A stretch of DNA of 64,000 nucleotides, taken from assembly GCA_963821385.1 (NCBI GenBank), contig CAWGDK010000005.1, positions 31,538-95,537 of the forward strand. The letters run 5' to 3'. The stretch comes from an uncultured Gemmatimonadales bacterium. Its GTDB lineage: Bacteria > Gemmatimonadota > Gemmatimonadetes > Gemmatimonadales > GWC2-71-9. The notes under the pieces were generated by a model. It saw nothing but the letters and a program-made list of their open reading frames with translations. It did not search any database and was not told the origin of the DNA. Made by a program: the position numbers and the translations under genes. Below, one piece after another: positions 17,895-26,935 of this stretch; position 1 is the first letter of the stretch; each line of letters begins with the position of its first letter.

Positions 17895-20800
17895 TCAATG
17901 ACAGGAGCTGGTGCCGGAATCCGCGTACGTCCCCTGCCCCTGCGCGTGCAGGAACTCCCAGCGATAGGAGTTTGCGTACAGGGTCAGCCGGATTACACCC
18001 CGCGAGAAATTGCCGTTGTCGCTGGCCTCGACGTTGGGCGGGGAGTTGACGTAGTTGGCGTGGGTCTCCCCCCCACCGGTCCCCACGATGAACTCCCGGA
18101 TGCCGGAGGCGCTCGCATTGCCCAGGGAGTCTTGCTGGGCAAATCGCTCATACAAGTGATCGTGCCCGTTGATGACGACCTCGGCCCCACCGTTCTGCAA
18201 CGCCTGCCACAGGCGTCTGATTCGCGACGATCCGCCATTCGACGGCCCGGATGTGAACAAGGCGCGGTGCCAGATGGCCAGGACACACTGGTTGGCCCGT
18301 CCCACGAGATCGCTCTGCAACCACGTCAGCTGGCCGGATGCGGGGTTGGTGACCCCGGAATCGCTGTTGAGGACGACGACGTGCCACGTGCCCAGGTCAA
18401 AACTGTAATACCCGAATCCGTTGCCCAGTGGATCGGCGACCGCCGGGCCGAAGTAGGCCATGTAGGGTGCGGCTGTGCTGCTGCTGTCGTATTCGTGATT
18501 CCCGCTCACCGGACGGGTCCGCGCCTTGTGCCGCCCCCAGGTGGGATCATAGCAATTCGTGAAATTCGTGGCCGTCCCATTCGGATACGCGTTGTCGCCG
18601 GCGGCGAACACGACGCCCGGAAGGCTGTCGACCTGATTGGCGGTAGCGTCGTCTCGAATCGAGTTGCAGTCGGCGATATCGCCGGCACCGACCAGGGTCG
18701 GTACGACTACCGCGGCTCCCGTCTGGATGATGGCGGTCCCTCCCGCCGTCGCCGAAATCGTCTTGGCCTCGACCACGGAGGAATTGAACGCCGCGGCAAA
18801 CACCCCGCTCGCATTCGTGTTGCCCGACGCGGATGGGCTGAATCCATTCCCTGTCCCGCTCGCCGACAGCACGACGGGCGACCCGCTGACGAGATTGCCG
18901 AACTGGTCCTTGACGGTGACCGTCACGGTGGACGCGTGGATGGCGGGAACGCAGGAGAACGCGCACTGGCCGATGGTGTCGGTGGCGGCGACCAGGCTCG
19001 AGAGCGAGGCATCGACCCCATCGGCGGCGATGGCAAAAGCCGCGCTGGTGACGGGCGTCAATCCACTGGAGGTCGCGTGCAGGGTGTAGCCCGCAGCGGC
19101 TTTGTCGATACTGAGGTTCGAGAAGGTCGCCACCCCGCTCGCCGCGGAAACCGAGGTGGTCCCGGACAGATTGCCGCTTCCCGGGTTCGCCGCCAGGGCC
19201 ACGGTGACGGTGTTCGAGGCGGTCGTGACGCGGTTGCCACCGAGGTCGCGAATCTCCACTCGCACCGGCGGTGCGATCGCGCCCCCCGCAGTCGCGTCGG
19301 AAGGCGGCGTCAGGAATCCCAGCTGGGCGGTCGCACCGACGCTGATATTGAACGTGCTCGAGGTGGCATCGTCGAGTCCCGAGGCCGTCGCCGTCAGCCG
19401 ATACCCCGTGCCCGCGCTGTCGATCTGCAGGGAGCTGAACGTCGCCACGCCACCGGTGGCGGCGAGAGTAGTGGTGCCAGAGAGCGTTCCATTGTTCGGG
19501 TTCGTGCCGATCGCAACCGTCACACTATTGGTGGCTCCGCTCACGCGGTTTCCGCCGGCGTCCTGGATCTCGATCTTCACGGCCGGTGTCAGTATCGCGC
19601 CACCGGCAGCGTTCGGCGGTTGAACCAGGAAGCCAAGCTTCGCGGCCGCCCCGACGGTGATGCTGAACGTGGTCGACGCTGCGCCCGCCAGCCCGCTGGC
19701 GGTGACGTTCAACGTATAACCCACGCCCGCGCTGTCGATGCTCAGGGTACTGAACGCCGCCACGCCGCCGACGGCGGCCACCGTCTTGGTCCCGGAGAGC
19801 ACCCCGCTGTTCGGATTGTTCCCGAGCGAGACCGTCACACTGTTGGTCGCGCCCGGCACCAGATTCCCCCCCGCGTCCTGAATCTCCACGTGAACGGACG
19901 GGCTGATCGGGGCGCCGCCGGGCGTCGTGGACGGCTGGACGACAAACGAGAGTTTGACCGCAGTCCCGATGATGATGTCGAAGCCGCTCGACGTCGACCC
20001 CGTAAGCCCTGTGGCGGTCGCGCTCAGGGTGTAGGCGGCCCCGGCGTTGTCGATGCTCAAATCCGAGAATGTCGCCAATCCGCCTGCGGACGAGACGGGA
20101 GTCGTCCCGGACAACGTCCCGCTCCCCGGGTTGTTCGCAATCGCCAACGCGATACTGTGCGAACCGGTGGTGACGCGGTTCCCACCGGCATCCCGGACCT
20201 CCACCTGTACCGCCGGCGCGATCGTCGCCCCGCCCCCGGTGTTGGACGGTTGCGTGCGGAATCCAAGTCGTGCCGCCGGCCCGACGGCCACGCTGAATAC
20301 GGTTGATGTGTCTCCGGTCAGCCCTGTCGCTGCGGCGGTCAGCGTGTAGCCCGTCGCCGCGCTGTCGACCGACACGTCATTGAAGGTGGCCACACCGGAG
20401 GATGCGGCTCGGGAGGTCGTGCCGCTGAGGGTTCCGTTGTTCGGGTTGGCGCCGAACGCCAGCGTAATGTTGTTGGAGGCCGCCGTCACTCTGTTGCCGC
20501 CACCGTCTTGGACCTCGACTTGGACCGCCGGGGAGATCGTGGCGCCACCGTTGGCGCTCGAAGGCTGAACCAGGAATGCCAAGTGTGCCGCCGCGCCGAC
20601 GGCGATGGTGAAGGCCCCCGATGTCGCACTGCTCAATCCTGTGGCGGAGGCCGTCAGGGTGTAGCCCGTGCCGCTCTTGTCGATGCTCAGACCGGCGAAT
20701 GTCGCAATCCCGGACACCGCCGAATGGAGCGTCGTGCCCGACAGGGTGCCGCTCGCCGGGTTGGTTCCGATCGCCACCGTGACGGTCCCCGTGAAGCTCG

Positions 20801-22490
20801 TGTCCGTATTACCGAGACTGTCCCGCGCGGTGACTTGCACGGCCGGGGTGATCGGCGACGCGGCAGCGGTGTTGGACGGTGAGGTGGTGAACACCAGTTG
20901 CGTGGCCGCTCCCGGCGTCACGGCGAAGCTGATGCTCGTATCCGGGACGAGCCCGCTGCTTGTCGCGCGAAGTCGATAGCTGCCGCCGGACTGGTTGACG
21001 CTCAGGTCGTTGAACGTCGCGACCCCGGCCGAGGCGGCCCTGCTCTTGGTCCCCGACAACGTTGCGCCACCGGCGTTCAAGAGCGCGATGGTCACACTGT
21101 TGTTCGCGGTGGCGACGCGATTGCTGAAGGCGTCCAGCACCTCGACCTGGACGGCGGGGGCGATGGTGATTCCCGCGGTCGTGCCCGTGGGGTCCGTGAG
21201 GAATGACAACCGGCTCGCGACTCCCGGCGTGATGCTGAAGTCGTTCGAGACCGCCGTGGTGAGCCCGGTGGCCGCGGCCGCGAGCGAATAGCCCGTGCCG
21301 GCCTTGTCGATACTCAGGGACGAAAAGGCCGCCACGCCGGCCACCGCCGGCAGGGTCGTGGTACCGGAGAGCACCCCGCCGCTCGGGTTGTCGAGGATCG
21401 CAATGGTTACACTATTCGTCGCCGTCGTCTCCCGATTGCCGAAGGCGTCTTGGATCTCTATCTGCACGCCTGGCGTCACCATCGCGCCCGCGACGGTCGT
21501 CGACGGTTGGGCGGCAAACGCCAGCACCGCCGCCGCCCCGGGGGTGACGGTGATGGTGTCGGTTTGGGTGACCACGACGCCGGCGATGGTGGCGGATGCC
21601 ACTTTCGTCTCCGCCACGGTCGAGCTGACCGCACCCGTCGCTACGCCCGCGACGTTGGTGGTGCCCACCGGCTGTGTGATGGCATTGCCCGATCCCGTTA
21701 CCGAGAGAACAACGGACGCGCCGGCGACGGGATTCCCCTGGGAGTCCCGCGCGGTGACGGTAATCGTCGCCGCACTCGCCCCCGAGCTGGCGGTGATCGC
21801 CGTTGGCGCCGCCGTGAGGCTCGACTGCGTGGCGGAAATCCCCCCCGCGATGACGTTGAAGGCGCTCGACGTGGTGCCCGTGAGCCCGGTGGCGCCCGCC
21901 GTCAGCGTGTACCCTGTGCCGGCCTTGTCGAGACTGAGGTTGCCGAATGTGGCCACTCCAGCCACGGCGGCCTTGGTCGTCGTCCCTGAGAGCGTGCCGC
22001 CCGCCGGATTGGCGCCGATGGCGATCGTGATGGTGGCGGTAAACGAGGTCGCGGTGTTGCCGAACGCATCTTGGGCGTTCACCTGCACCGCTGGGGCGAT
22101 CGGCAACCCCGCGCCCGTGGTCGTCGGCTGAACCACGACCACGAGTCGCGTGGCCGTGCCGGCGTTCACCGTGATGATCGCCGTCCCGGTCTTCCCTTCG
22201 CTGGTGGCGGTGATCGTGACGACACCGGGACGCTTCCCGCTCACCAGGCCCGTCGCATCCACCGTGGCACTGGTTGTGTCGCTGCTGGACCAGGCAATGG
22301 CGCGTCCGGTGAGACTGGTGCCGTTCGCATCCTTCAGAACGGCCGTCAGCTGCAGGGTGGCGCCAGCCGCTAGCGGCGCGGTGAGCGGGCTCAGGGTGAC
22401 GGACGCCACCGGCGCCGCCGGCCCGATATCCGAGCCGCACGCGACGGCGAGTATCGCCACCCAGCACCGAAATCGGGTCGCCCGATTCAT
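17895..22490 (-). CDS. giant surface lipoprotein: Big_2 module plus about 11 Ig-like repeats plus C-terminal metallophosphoesterase (paralog of 13555..17778)
   Basis: Start taken at ATG 22490 (MNRATRFRCWVAILAVACGS lipobox, GGGAGG upstream); the longest ORF extends to 22553. C-terminal motifs GAGDIADC, AGDNAYPNG, GNHEY, VLNSD, GHDHLYE. Confidence 0.85.
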   Translation of the reverse strand: MNRATRFRCWVAILAVACGSDIGPAAPVASVTLSPLTAPLAAGATLQLTAVLKDANGTSLTGRAIAWSSSDTTSATVDATGLVSGKRPGVVTITATSEGKTGTAIITVNAGTATRLVVVVQPTTTGAGLPIAPAVQVNAQDAFGNTATSFTATITIAIGANPAGGTLSGTTTKAAVAGVATFGNLSLDKAGTGYTLTAGATGLTGTTSSAFNVIAGGISATQSSLTAAPTAITASSGASAATITVTARDSQGNPVAGASVVLSVTGSGNAITQPVGTTNVAGVATGAVSSTVAETKVASATIAGVVVTQTDTITVTPGAAAVLAFAAQPSTTVAGAMVTPGVQIEIQDAFGNRETTATNSVTIAILDNPSGGVLSGTTTLPAVAGVAAFSSLSIDKAGTGYSLAAAATGLTTAVSNDFSITPGVASRLSFLTDPTGTTAGITIAPAVQVEVLDAFSNRVATANNSVTIALLNAGGATLSGTKSRAASAGVATFNDLSVNQSGGSYRLRATSSGLVPDTSISFAVTPGAATQLVFTTSPSNTAAASPITPAVQVTARDSLGNTDTSFTGTVTVAIGTNPASGTLSGTTLHSAVSGIATFAGLSIDKSGTGYTLTASATGLSSATSGAFTIAVGAAAHLAFLVQPSSANGGATISPAVQVEVQDGGGNRVTAASNNITLAFGANPNNGTLSGTTSRAASSGVATFNDVSVDSAATGYTLTAAATGLTGDTSTVFSVAVGPAARLGFRTQPSNTGGGATIAPAVQVEVRDAGGNRVTTGSHSIALAIANNPGSGTLSGTTPVSSAGGLATFSDLSIDNAGAAYTLSATATGLTGSTSSGFDIIIGTAVKLSFVVQPSTTPGGAPISPSVHVEIQDAGGNLVPGATNSVTVSLGNNPNSGVLSGTKTVAAVGGVAAFSTLSIDSAGVGYTLNVTASGLAGAASTTFSITVGAAAKLGFLVQPPNAAGGAILTPAVKIEIQDAGGNRVSGATNSVTVAIGTNPNNGTLSGTTTLAATGGVATFSSLQIDSAGTGYRLTATASGLDDATSSTFNISVGATAQLGFLTPPSDATAGGAIAPPVRVEIRDLGGNRVTTASNTVTVALAANPGSGNLSGTTSVSAASGVATFSNLSIDKAAAGYTLHATSSGLTPVTSAAFAIAADGVDASLSSLVAATDTIGQCAFSCVPAIHASTVTVTVKDQFGNLVSGSPVVLSASGTGNGFSPSASGNTNASGVFAAAFNSSVVEAKTISATAGGTAIIQTGAAVVVPTLVGAGDIADCNSIRDDATANQVDSLPGVVFAAGDNAYPNGTATNFTNCYDPTWGRHKARTRPVSGNHEYDSSSTAAPYMAYFGPAVADPLGNGFGYYSFDLGTWHVVVLNSDSGVTNPASGQLTWLQSDLVGRANQCVLAIWHRALFTSGPSNGGSSRIRRLWQALQNGGAEVVINGHDHLYERFAQQDSLGNASASGIREFIVGTGGGETHANYVNSPPNVEASDNGNFSRGVIRLTLYANSYRWEFLHAQGQGTYADSGTSSCH

Positions 22491-22525
22491 GCTCCTCCCG
22501 TCTCTACCGTAGATTGATCGGCGCC

Positions 22526-23749
22526 ATGCCGACCCGTCCGCCGCTGCTGCCACGCTCGATCGCCCGGCTCGCCCTCGGGGCCGCGCTCGGATTCATTCTC
22601 CTGACCACGCTGGCACCCTTCCCCGGCGCACGCGCGCCGGACTTCGTCGGGTGTCTGATTTGCGGCACCCGAGGCTCGGCGGACGCGCTCGTCAATCTCC
22701 TCCTGTACATACCCCTTGGCGCCGCCCTGATGATAAACGGACGGGCGGGCGGACGGACGGTCGCCCTGGCCGGAATGTTGTCGGCGGGTATCGAATTCCT
22801 TCAGATCTTCATTCCGGGCCGTGATCCCAGCCTGGGAGACGTATTCTTCAATACCGGCGGCGCCGCGGTGGGCCAGGTCACCGTGCACTTCCTGGCGCGA
22901 TGGGCGACTCCGGACGCGCGCACCGCCGCACGCCTTTCGGTCGCCGCCGCCTTGACGGCGCTCGGTGTGTTCGGTCTGACGGGATGGCTGCTGCGGCCAG
23001 CGCTCCCCGTATCCGCGTTTCGCGCCTGGTACACGGCCGATCGACCAGATCTCGAGTTTTACCACGGCCGTGTGCTGAGCACGACCCTGGGGGCGGTTCC
23101 GTTCAGCACCGCCGACGTTCCGAACCCCGGTGAAGTGCGCCACCTGCTCCTCACCGGGGCCCCCTTGCATATCCTGGCAGTCGCCGGCCCGCGCGTCCGC
23201 GCGCTCGGCCCGTTGTTTGTGATCGAAAACCGATGGGGAGAAGAGATCTTTCTCCTCGGCCCTGATCGCGACGACCTCGTGCTGCGGTATCGCACGCGAG
23301 CCGCCGCGCTGCGACTCGATCAGCCGGACCTGCGGCTGCGTGACGCCTTTGCCGGAGTCGCTGCCGGCGACACCCTGCGAATCGAGGTGAGGCGGGAGCA
23401 CGGTGCGTATTGCCTCGCGGTCAACCGAGCAGGTGCGTGCGGACTCGGGTTCACGCTGGGCAGCGGCTGGGCCGTGCTGTTGTACCCGAGACACTTTCCG
23501 CCGTGGCTGCAGCAGCTGTTGAGCATCGGGTGGGTGGCCGGCATCGCCTTCCCGGTGGGATTCTGGGCGCGGCGGCGTTGGGAAAGCGGGCTCGCCTGGG
23601 TCGTGCTCGGGAGCGGGCTGGCTCTCGTCCCACTGTTCACAGCCCTGGTTCCGACGCCGGCCAACCAGTGGGTGGGCGCGGGCGCCGGGGCGCTGTCCGG
23701 AGTGGCGCTCGGGTTGCTGGTCGGTCGCCGGAATACGCAGACGCGCTAG
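22526..23749 (+). CDS. VanZ-like family membrane protein with extended C-terminal region
   Basis: N-terminal VanZ-like pattern (LLTTLAPFP..NLLLYIPLGAAL..IEFLQIFIPGRDPSLGDV) and terminal TM helices. ATG 22526, or TTG 22514. Confidence 0.6.
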   Translation: MPTRPPLLPRSIARLALGAALGFILLTTLAPFPGARAPDFVGCLICGTRGSADALVNLLLYIPLGAALMINGRAGGRTVALAGMLSAGIEFLQIFIPGRDPSLGDVFFNTGGAAVGQVTVHFLARWATPDARTAARLSVAAALTALGVFGLTGWLLRPALPVSAFRAWYTADRPDLEFYHGRVLSTTLGAVPFSTADVPNPGEVRHLLLTGAPLHILAVAGPRVRALGPLFVIENRWGEEIFLLGPDRDDLVLRYRTRAAALRLDQPDLRLRDAFAGVAAGDTLRIEVRREHGAYCLAVNRAGACGLGFTLGSGWAVLLYPRHFPPWLQQLLSIGWVAGIAFPVGFWARRRWESGLAWVVLGSGLALVPLFTALVPTPANQWVGAGAGALSGVALGLLVGRRNTQTR

Positions 23750-25188
23750 CGCGCCCGACTCGTCAGGAGAAACGTGTCGAACGCGGGGCCCGTTCGCGGC
23801 GGCGTCCGGGTCACCCGTCCCTGCGGGACGGGCGGAGCGATGCCGGTCAGCGGAACACGGATCGGTGTACCCCGGTACACCCCACTCACCACCGGGGGAT
23901 CAAACAACGCCTGCACGTTGCGTATCTCGTAGCGATCGCCGGCCCGCAAGACCGTGCCGACATCCACCGCCACAGCGGCGCGCCCCTCCCAGTTGTACAC
24001 GACGATGTGCGCGCGGCCGGCTTCGTATTTATTGGCGCGCACAAACACCCGTGTGAGCGCCGGTCGCTCCGATTCTACACGATCCCGGCCACCGAGGCCG
24101 CTGGCGTGTTGCCACCCATTCCAGTCGTACGCCCGGTCCTCGAATCGCCACGCTCGCGCAGTGGCATCCCGCCCCCAGTGGTTTCCCGACCACTGGTAGT
24201 GCTGGTCGAGCCTCGCCCCGCCTACCTTTACGACGTCGCGACTTCCGATAAACGTGTTTCCCTCAACGATCGCGTGCATCCAGGGCTCGACCATCTCGAG
24301 CCCGATCTTGCCTCCGGCGGCATAGTTGTCGCGCAACACCAGGTCGCGGTTGTTTTGGGGAGCGTACTTGCCAACCCGCAGATTGATCCCGTCCCGACCG
24401 GAGAAGTAGAGCATGTTGCCGATGCCGGCCATCCCCTCGGTGGGGACCGGCGCGTTGAAGATCAGGTTCTCTCGCGCGGCGGCCACGGTGGAAATCGTTC
24501 CGTTGTTGAAGGCCACGTTTCCTTCGACCCGGATATTGCGAATGGTCGGATTGTTGCGACTGGCGTAGACCTGAATGCCGCGGGCGAGGTTGTTGAAGAA
24601 CACATTGTCCGCGATCACCTTCGTGCCAGTTTCATTGTGCACGTACACGCCGTGATCGAGGTTTTCATGCGTCCCGTTGTTGTAAATGATGCACCCGTAC
24701 AACTCGGCATCGACCGCCGGAGTCCAGAAACTGACTCCCTGCGTCCCTGCGTCGTGAATGATCAGATTGATGAACCGGCCGTGAGCGGTGTTGGCTTGCA
24801 GCCCGTACGTCTCCGGGGTCGATTGCATGATCTCGAATCCCCAGAACGTCAGGTAGGAACCCTCCGCACGCAGGGTCCCGTCGATCGTGGCCCGTTCGCC
24901 CGGCCACTGCCGAAACACGATGGCCCGGCCCGGTAATCCCGCGAGCGCCGTCCGGAACGCGCCGCGATAGGTCCCGCCCCGCAGCCACACCGTATCACCG
25001 GGCTGCAAACGCCCCGCCGCGCCGGACAGGGCGGTCTCCAGCGTCCACGGATGTTCCGCCGAGCCCGTGCCGCCGGCGGACGCCGTCGGCGCGACGTAGT
25101 GGCCGCCATGCGCCGGGATGGCCGGGACGGTGCCCGCCGGTGAAGGCCGCGCAATCACCGCCGTGGCTGCCAGGACGGCAACCACCAT
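23746..25188 (-). CDS. secreted right-handed parallel beta-helix protein (pectate-lyase-fold), paralog 1
   Basis: Colinear with 25205..26722 (PGDTVWLRGGTYRGAF/AGDTVWIRGGTYPGSF, PGERATIDG, repeated NN/HD rungs). Start taken at ATG 25188 (MVVAVLAATAVIA signal), just after the upstream stop; the longest ORF reaches 25305. Confidence 0.7.
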   Translation of the reverse strand: MVVAVLAATAVIARPSPAGTVPAIPAHGGHYVAPTASAGGTGSAEHPWTLETALSGAAGRLQPGDTVWLRGGTYRGAFRTALAGLPGRAIVFRQWPGERATIDGTLRAEGSYLTFWGFEIMQSTPETYGLQANTAHGRFINLIIHDAGTQGVSFWTPAVDAELYGCIIYNNGTHENLDHGVYVHNETGTKVIADNVFFNNLARGIQVYASRNNPTIRNIRVEGNVAFNNGTISTVAAARENLIFNAPVPTEGMAGIGNMLYFSGRDGINLRVGKYAPQNNRDLVLRDNYAAGGKIGLEMVEPWMHAIVEGNTFIGSRDVVKVGGARLDQHYQWSGNHWGRDATARAWRFEDRAYDWNGWQHASGLGGRDRVESERPALTRVFVRANKYEAGRAHIVVYNWEGRAAVAVDVGTVLRAGDRYEIRNVQALFDPPVVSGVYRGTPIRVPLTGIAPPVPQGRVTRTPPRTGPAFDTFLLTSRAR

Positions 25189-25204
25189 CGGCCACGCCGG
25201 CGTG

Positions 25205-26722
25205 CTACGGAGCCGCACTCGTGAGCAGAAAGACATCGAAATCCGGACCGGTCGTGGGCGGCAGCCGCTGCATTGAGCGCCCGATCGTCGGCGGCGGGGC
25301 CACACCGTTCATGGGGATCGCGATGGTGCCACCCGCATAGGTCCCCGACACGACGGGGGCATCGTACACTCGCTGGACGTTGCGGACTTCGTAGTGATGC
25401 CCCGGGGTCACGATGCTCGAGACATCGACGTTCACCGGGTTGTCATGGCCGAAATTGTAGACCACGATGAAGGCTCGTCCCGCCTCGTACTGGTTGGGCC
25501 GCAGGAACACCCGCGTCGCCGTCGGTGCCCCGCTGACCACAGAGTCGGTCGCCCCCAGACCGGTGGCCGCTTTCCAGGCGGCGAACGAATAGCCGAGGCC
25601 ATCCTGCTCCCATGCGTTCGCGGATGAATCGCGGTGATAGGTGTTCCCCGACCAGGTATAGGTGTTGACCAGAGGCCCACCCGTATGCACCACGTCGGTC
25701 GAACCGATAAAGACGTTGTTCATCACCGTGGCCTGCGCCCACTGATACTGCATTTCGAGCCCGACCGTCCCGCCCACGGCGAAATTGTTCTCGATGTCGA
25801 TACCCTTGTTGAGCAGCGCACTGTCGGACACGTCGTAGTTGCCAAGCCGGAAATGGATACCGTCTTCGCCGGGCGAGAAGTACAGCAGGTTGTCTCTTGC
25901 CACCATGCCGGTAATCACGGTCTGCGCGCTCATCAAGAGATTCACCTCGCTGGAGCCCGTGGAGATGGTGCCATTGTTGAACGAGATGTTGCCTGCGACC
26001 TCGAAGTTTTGGATGGGACTTGTACCGCCTTCATACACCTGGATGCCGCGAGCGAAATTGTTGAAGAAAACGTTGTCCGTGATGTATTTGGTGCCGGCAG
26101 TCGAATTGTGTGCGTAGACACCGTGATCGAGGTTGTCGTGGAAGCCGTTGTTGTAGACGATGCTGCCGTACAGCTCGACGCCATTGCCGGAACCGGTCGC
26201 CATGCTCACACCCGAGGTCCCGGCGTCGTGCAGCACCAGATTGATAAACTTGCCGTTCAACGTGTTCGCCTCGAGCGTCCGGTCCACCACCTGGATCGGA
26301 TGGGACTGCATGATCTCGAACCCCACGAACCACAGGTTCGAGCCGGTCGCGGCCAGGGAGCCGTCGATGGTCGCTCGCTCTCCCGGATACTGACGGAACT
26401 GAATCGGCAGACCGGCTTGACCGTTGAGCGACGTGCGGAAACTCCCCGGGTACGTGCCGCCCCGAATCCAGACGGTATCGCCCGCCTGCAACTGGTGGAC
26501 GTGTCCACCCGCCAGGGCCGTGGCCAGGTCCCAGGGCGCGTCGGTGGCCCCCGAGCCGGACGTCAGCCCGTACGGCGGGGGATACACGTAGTAGCCCGCA
26601 TGCGTCCCAGGGGGAGGCGGAGGAGGCGGGGGCGGGGGCGGCGTCCCGCCGTCGGTCTTGCAGCCAGCCACCAACAGGGCGCCAACGCACAGCAAGAGCC
26701 CCATTGGGGCCCGATAGGGCAT
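25205..26722 (-). CDS. beta-helix lipoprotein with poly-proline linker, paralog 2
   Basis: MPYRAPMGLLLCVGALLVAGC lipobox, P12 linker, then a beta-helix core with repeated rungs (IVYNNGFHDNLDHGVY, FFNNFARGIQVY, ISFNNGT). The ORF track start GTG 26731 is also possible. Confidence 0.75.
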   Translation of the reverse strand: MPYRAPMGLLLCVGALLVAGCKTDGGTPPPPPPPPPPPGTHAGYYVYPPPYGLTSGSGATDAPWDLATALAGGHVHQLQAGDTVWIRGGTYPGSFRTSLNGQAGLPIQFRQYPGERATIDGSLAATGSNLWFVGFEIMQSHPIQVVDRTLEANTLNGKFINLVLHDAGTSGVSMATGSGNGVELYGSIVYNNGFHDNLDHGVYAHNSTAGTKYITDNVFFNNFARGIQVYEGGTSPIQNFEVAGNISFNNGTISTGSSEVNLLMSAQTVITGMVARDNLLYFSPGEDGIHFRLGNYDVSDSALLNKGIDIENNFAVGGTVGLEMQYQWAQATVMNNVFIGSTDVVHTGGPLVNTYTWSGNTYHRDSSANAWEQDGLGYSFAAWKAATGLGATDSVVSGAPTATRVFLRPNQYEAGRAFIVVYNFGHDNPVNVDVSSIVTPGHHYEVRNVQRVYDAPVVSGTYAGGTIAIPMNGVAPPPTIGRSMQRLPPTTGPDFDVFLLTSAAP

Positions 26723-26935
26723 CACGATCACAACCCCCGATTCGAAGGACTACAGGACTGGAAGTCGGGTCACCGGCTCGCGGGGGCGAGCGCCCCGGCC
26801 CAGGAGGCCGGGACAACCCATCCGTCGCGTGAAGCAAGAACTTAGCCGGGCCGCCCCCACCGGCCCCAGGTCCTGAGGCCTTCCCCAATCGGACCAAACT
26901 GTAGACCCGATGCAACAGGGAGTGAGCGCCCTCAG

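Noticed and set aside
17664-20306. Very long ORFs antisense or out of frame to recognised genes. Examples: 17664..20306 (+, 880 aa), 3263..4888 (-, 541 aa), 5859..7409 (-, 516 aa), 23410..24936 (+), 25634..26845 (+), 31292..33082 (+), 39241..41895 (+, 884 aa), 44341..46437 (+), 58163..59578 (+).
   Set aside because: Typical high-GC shadow ORFs. They have Arg/Gly/Pro/His-rich low-complexity translations with no motifs, and each fully overlaps a gene with clear family signatures on the other strand or frame.
26843-26855. agccgggccgcc on the + strand between beta-helix genes, identical to the riboswitch 3' junction string.
   Set aside because: It is on the wrong strand for the minus-strand genes, and none of the other aptamer blocks surround it.
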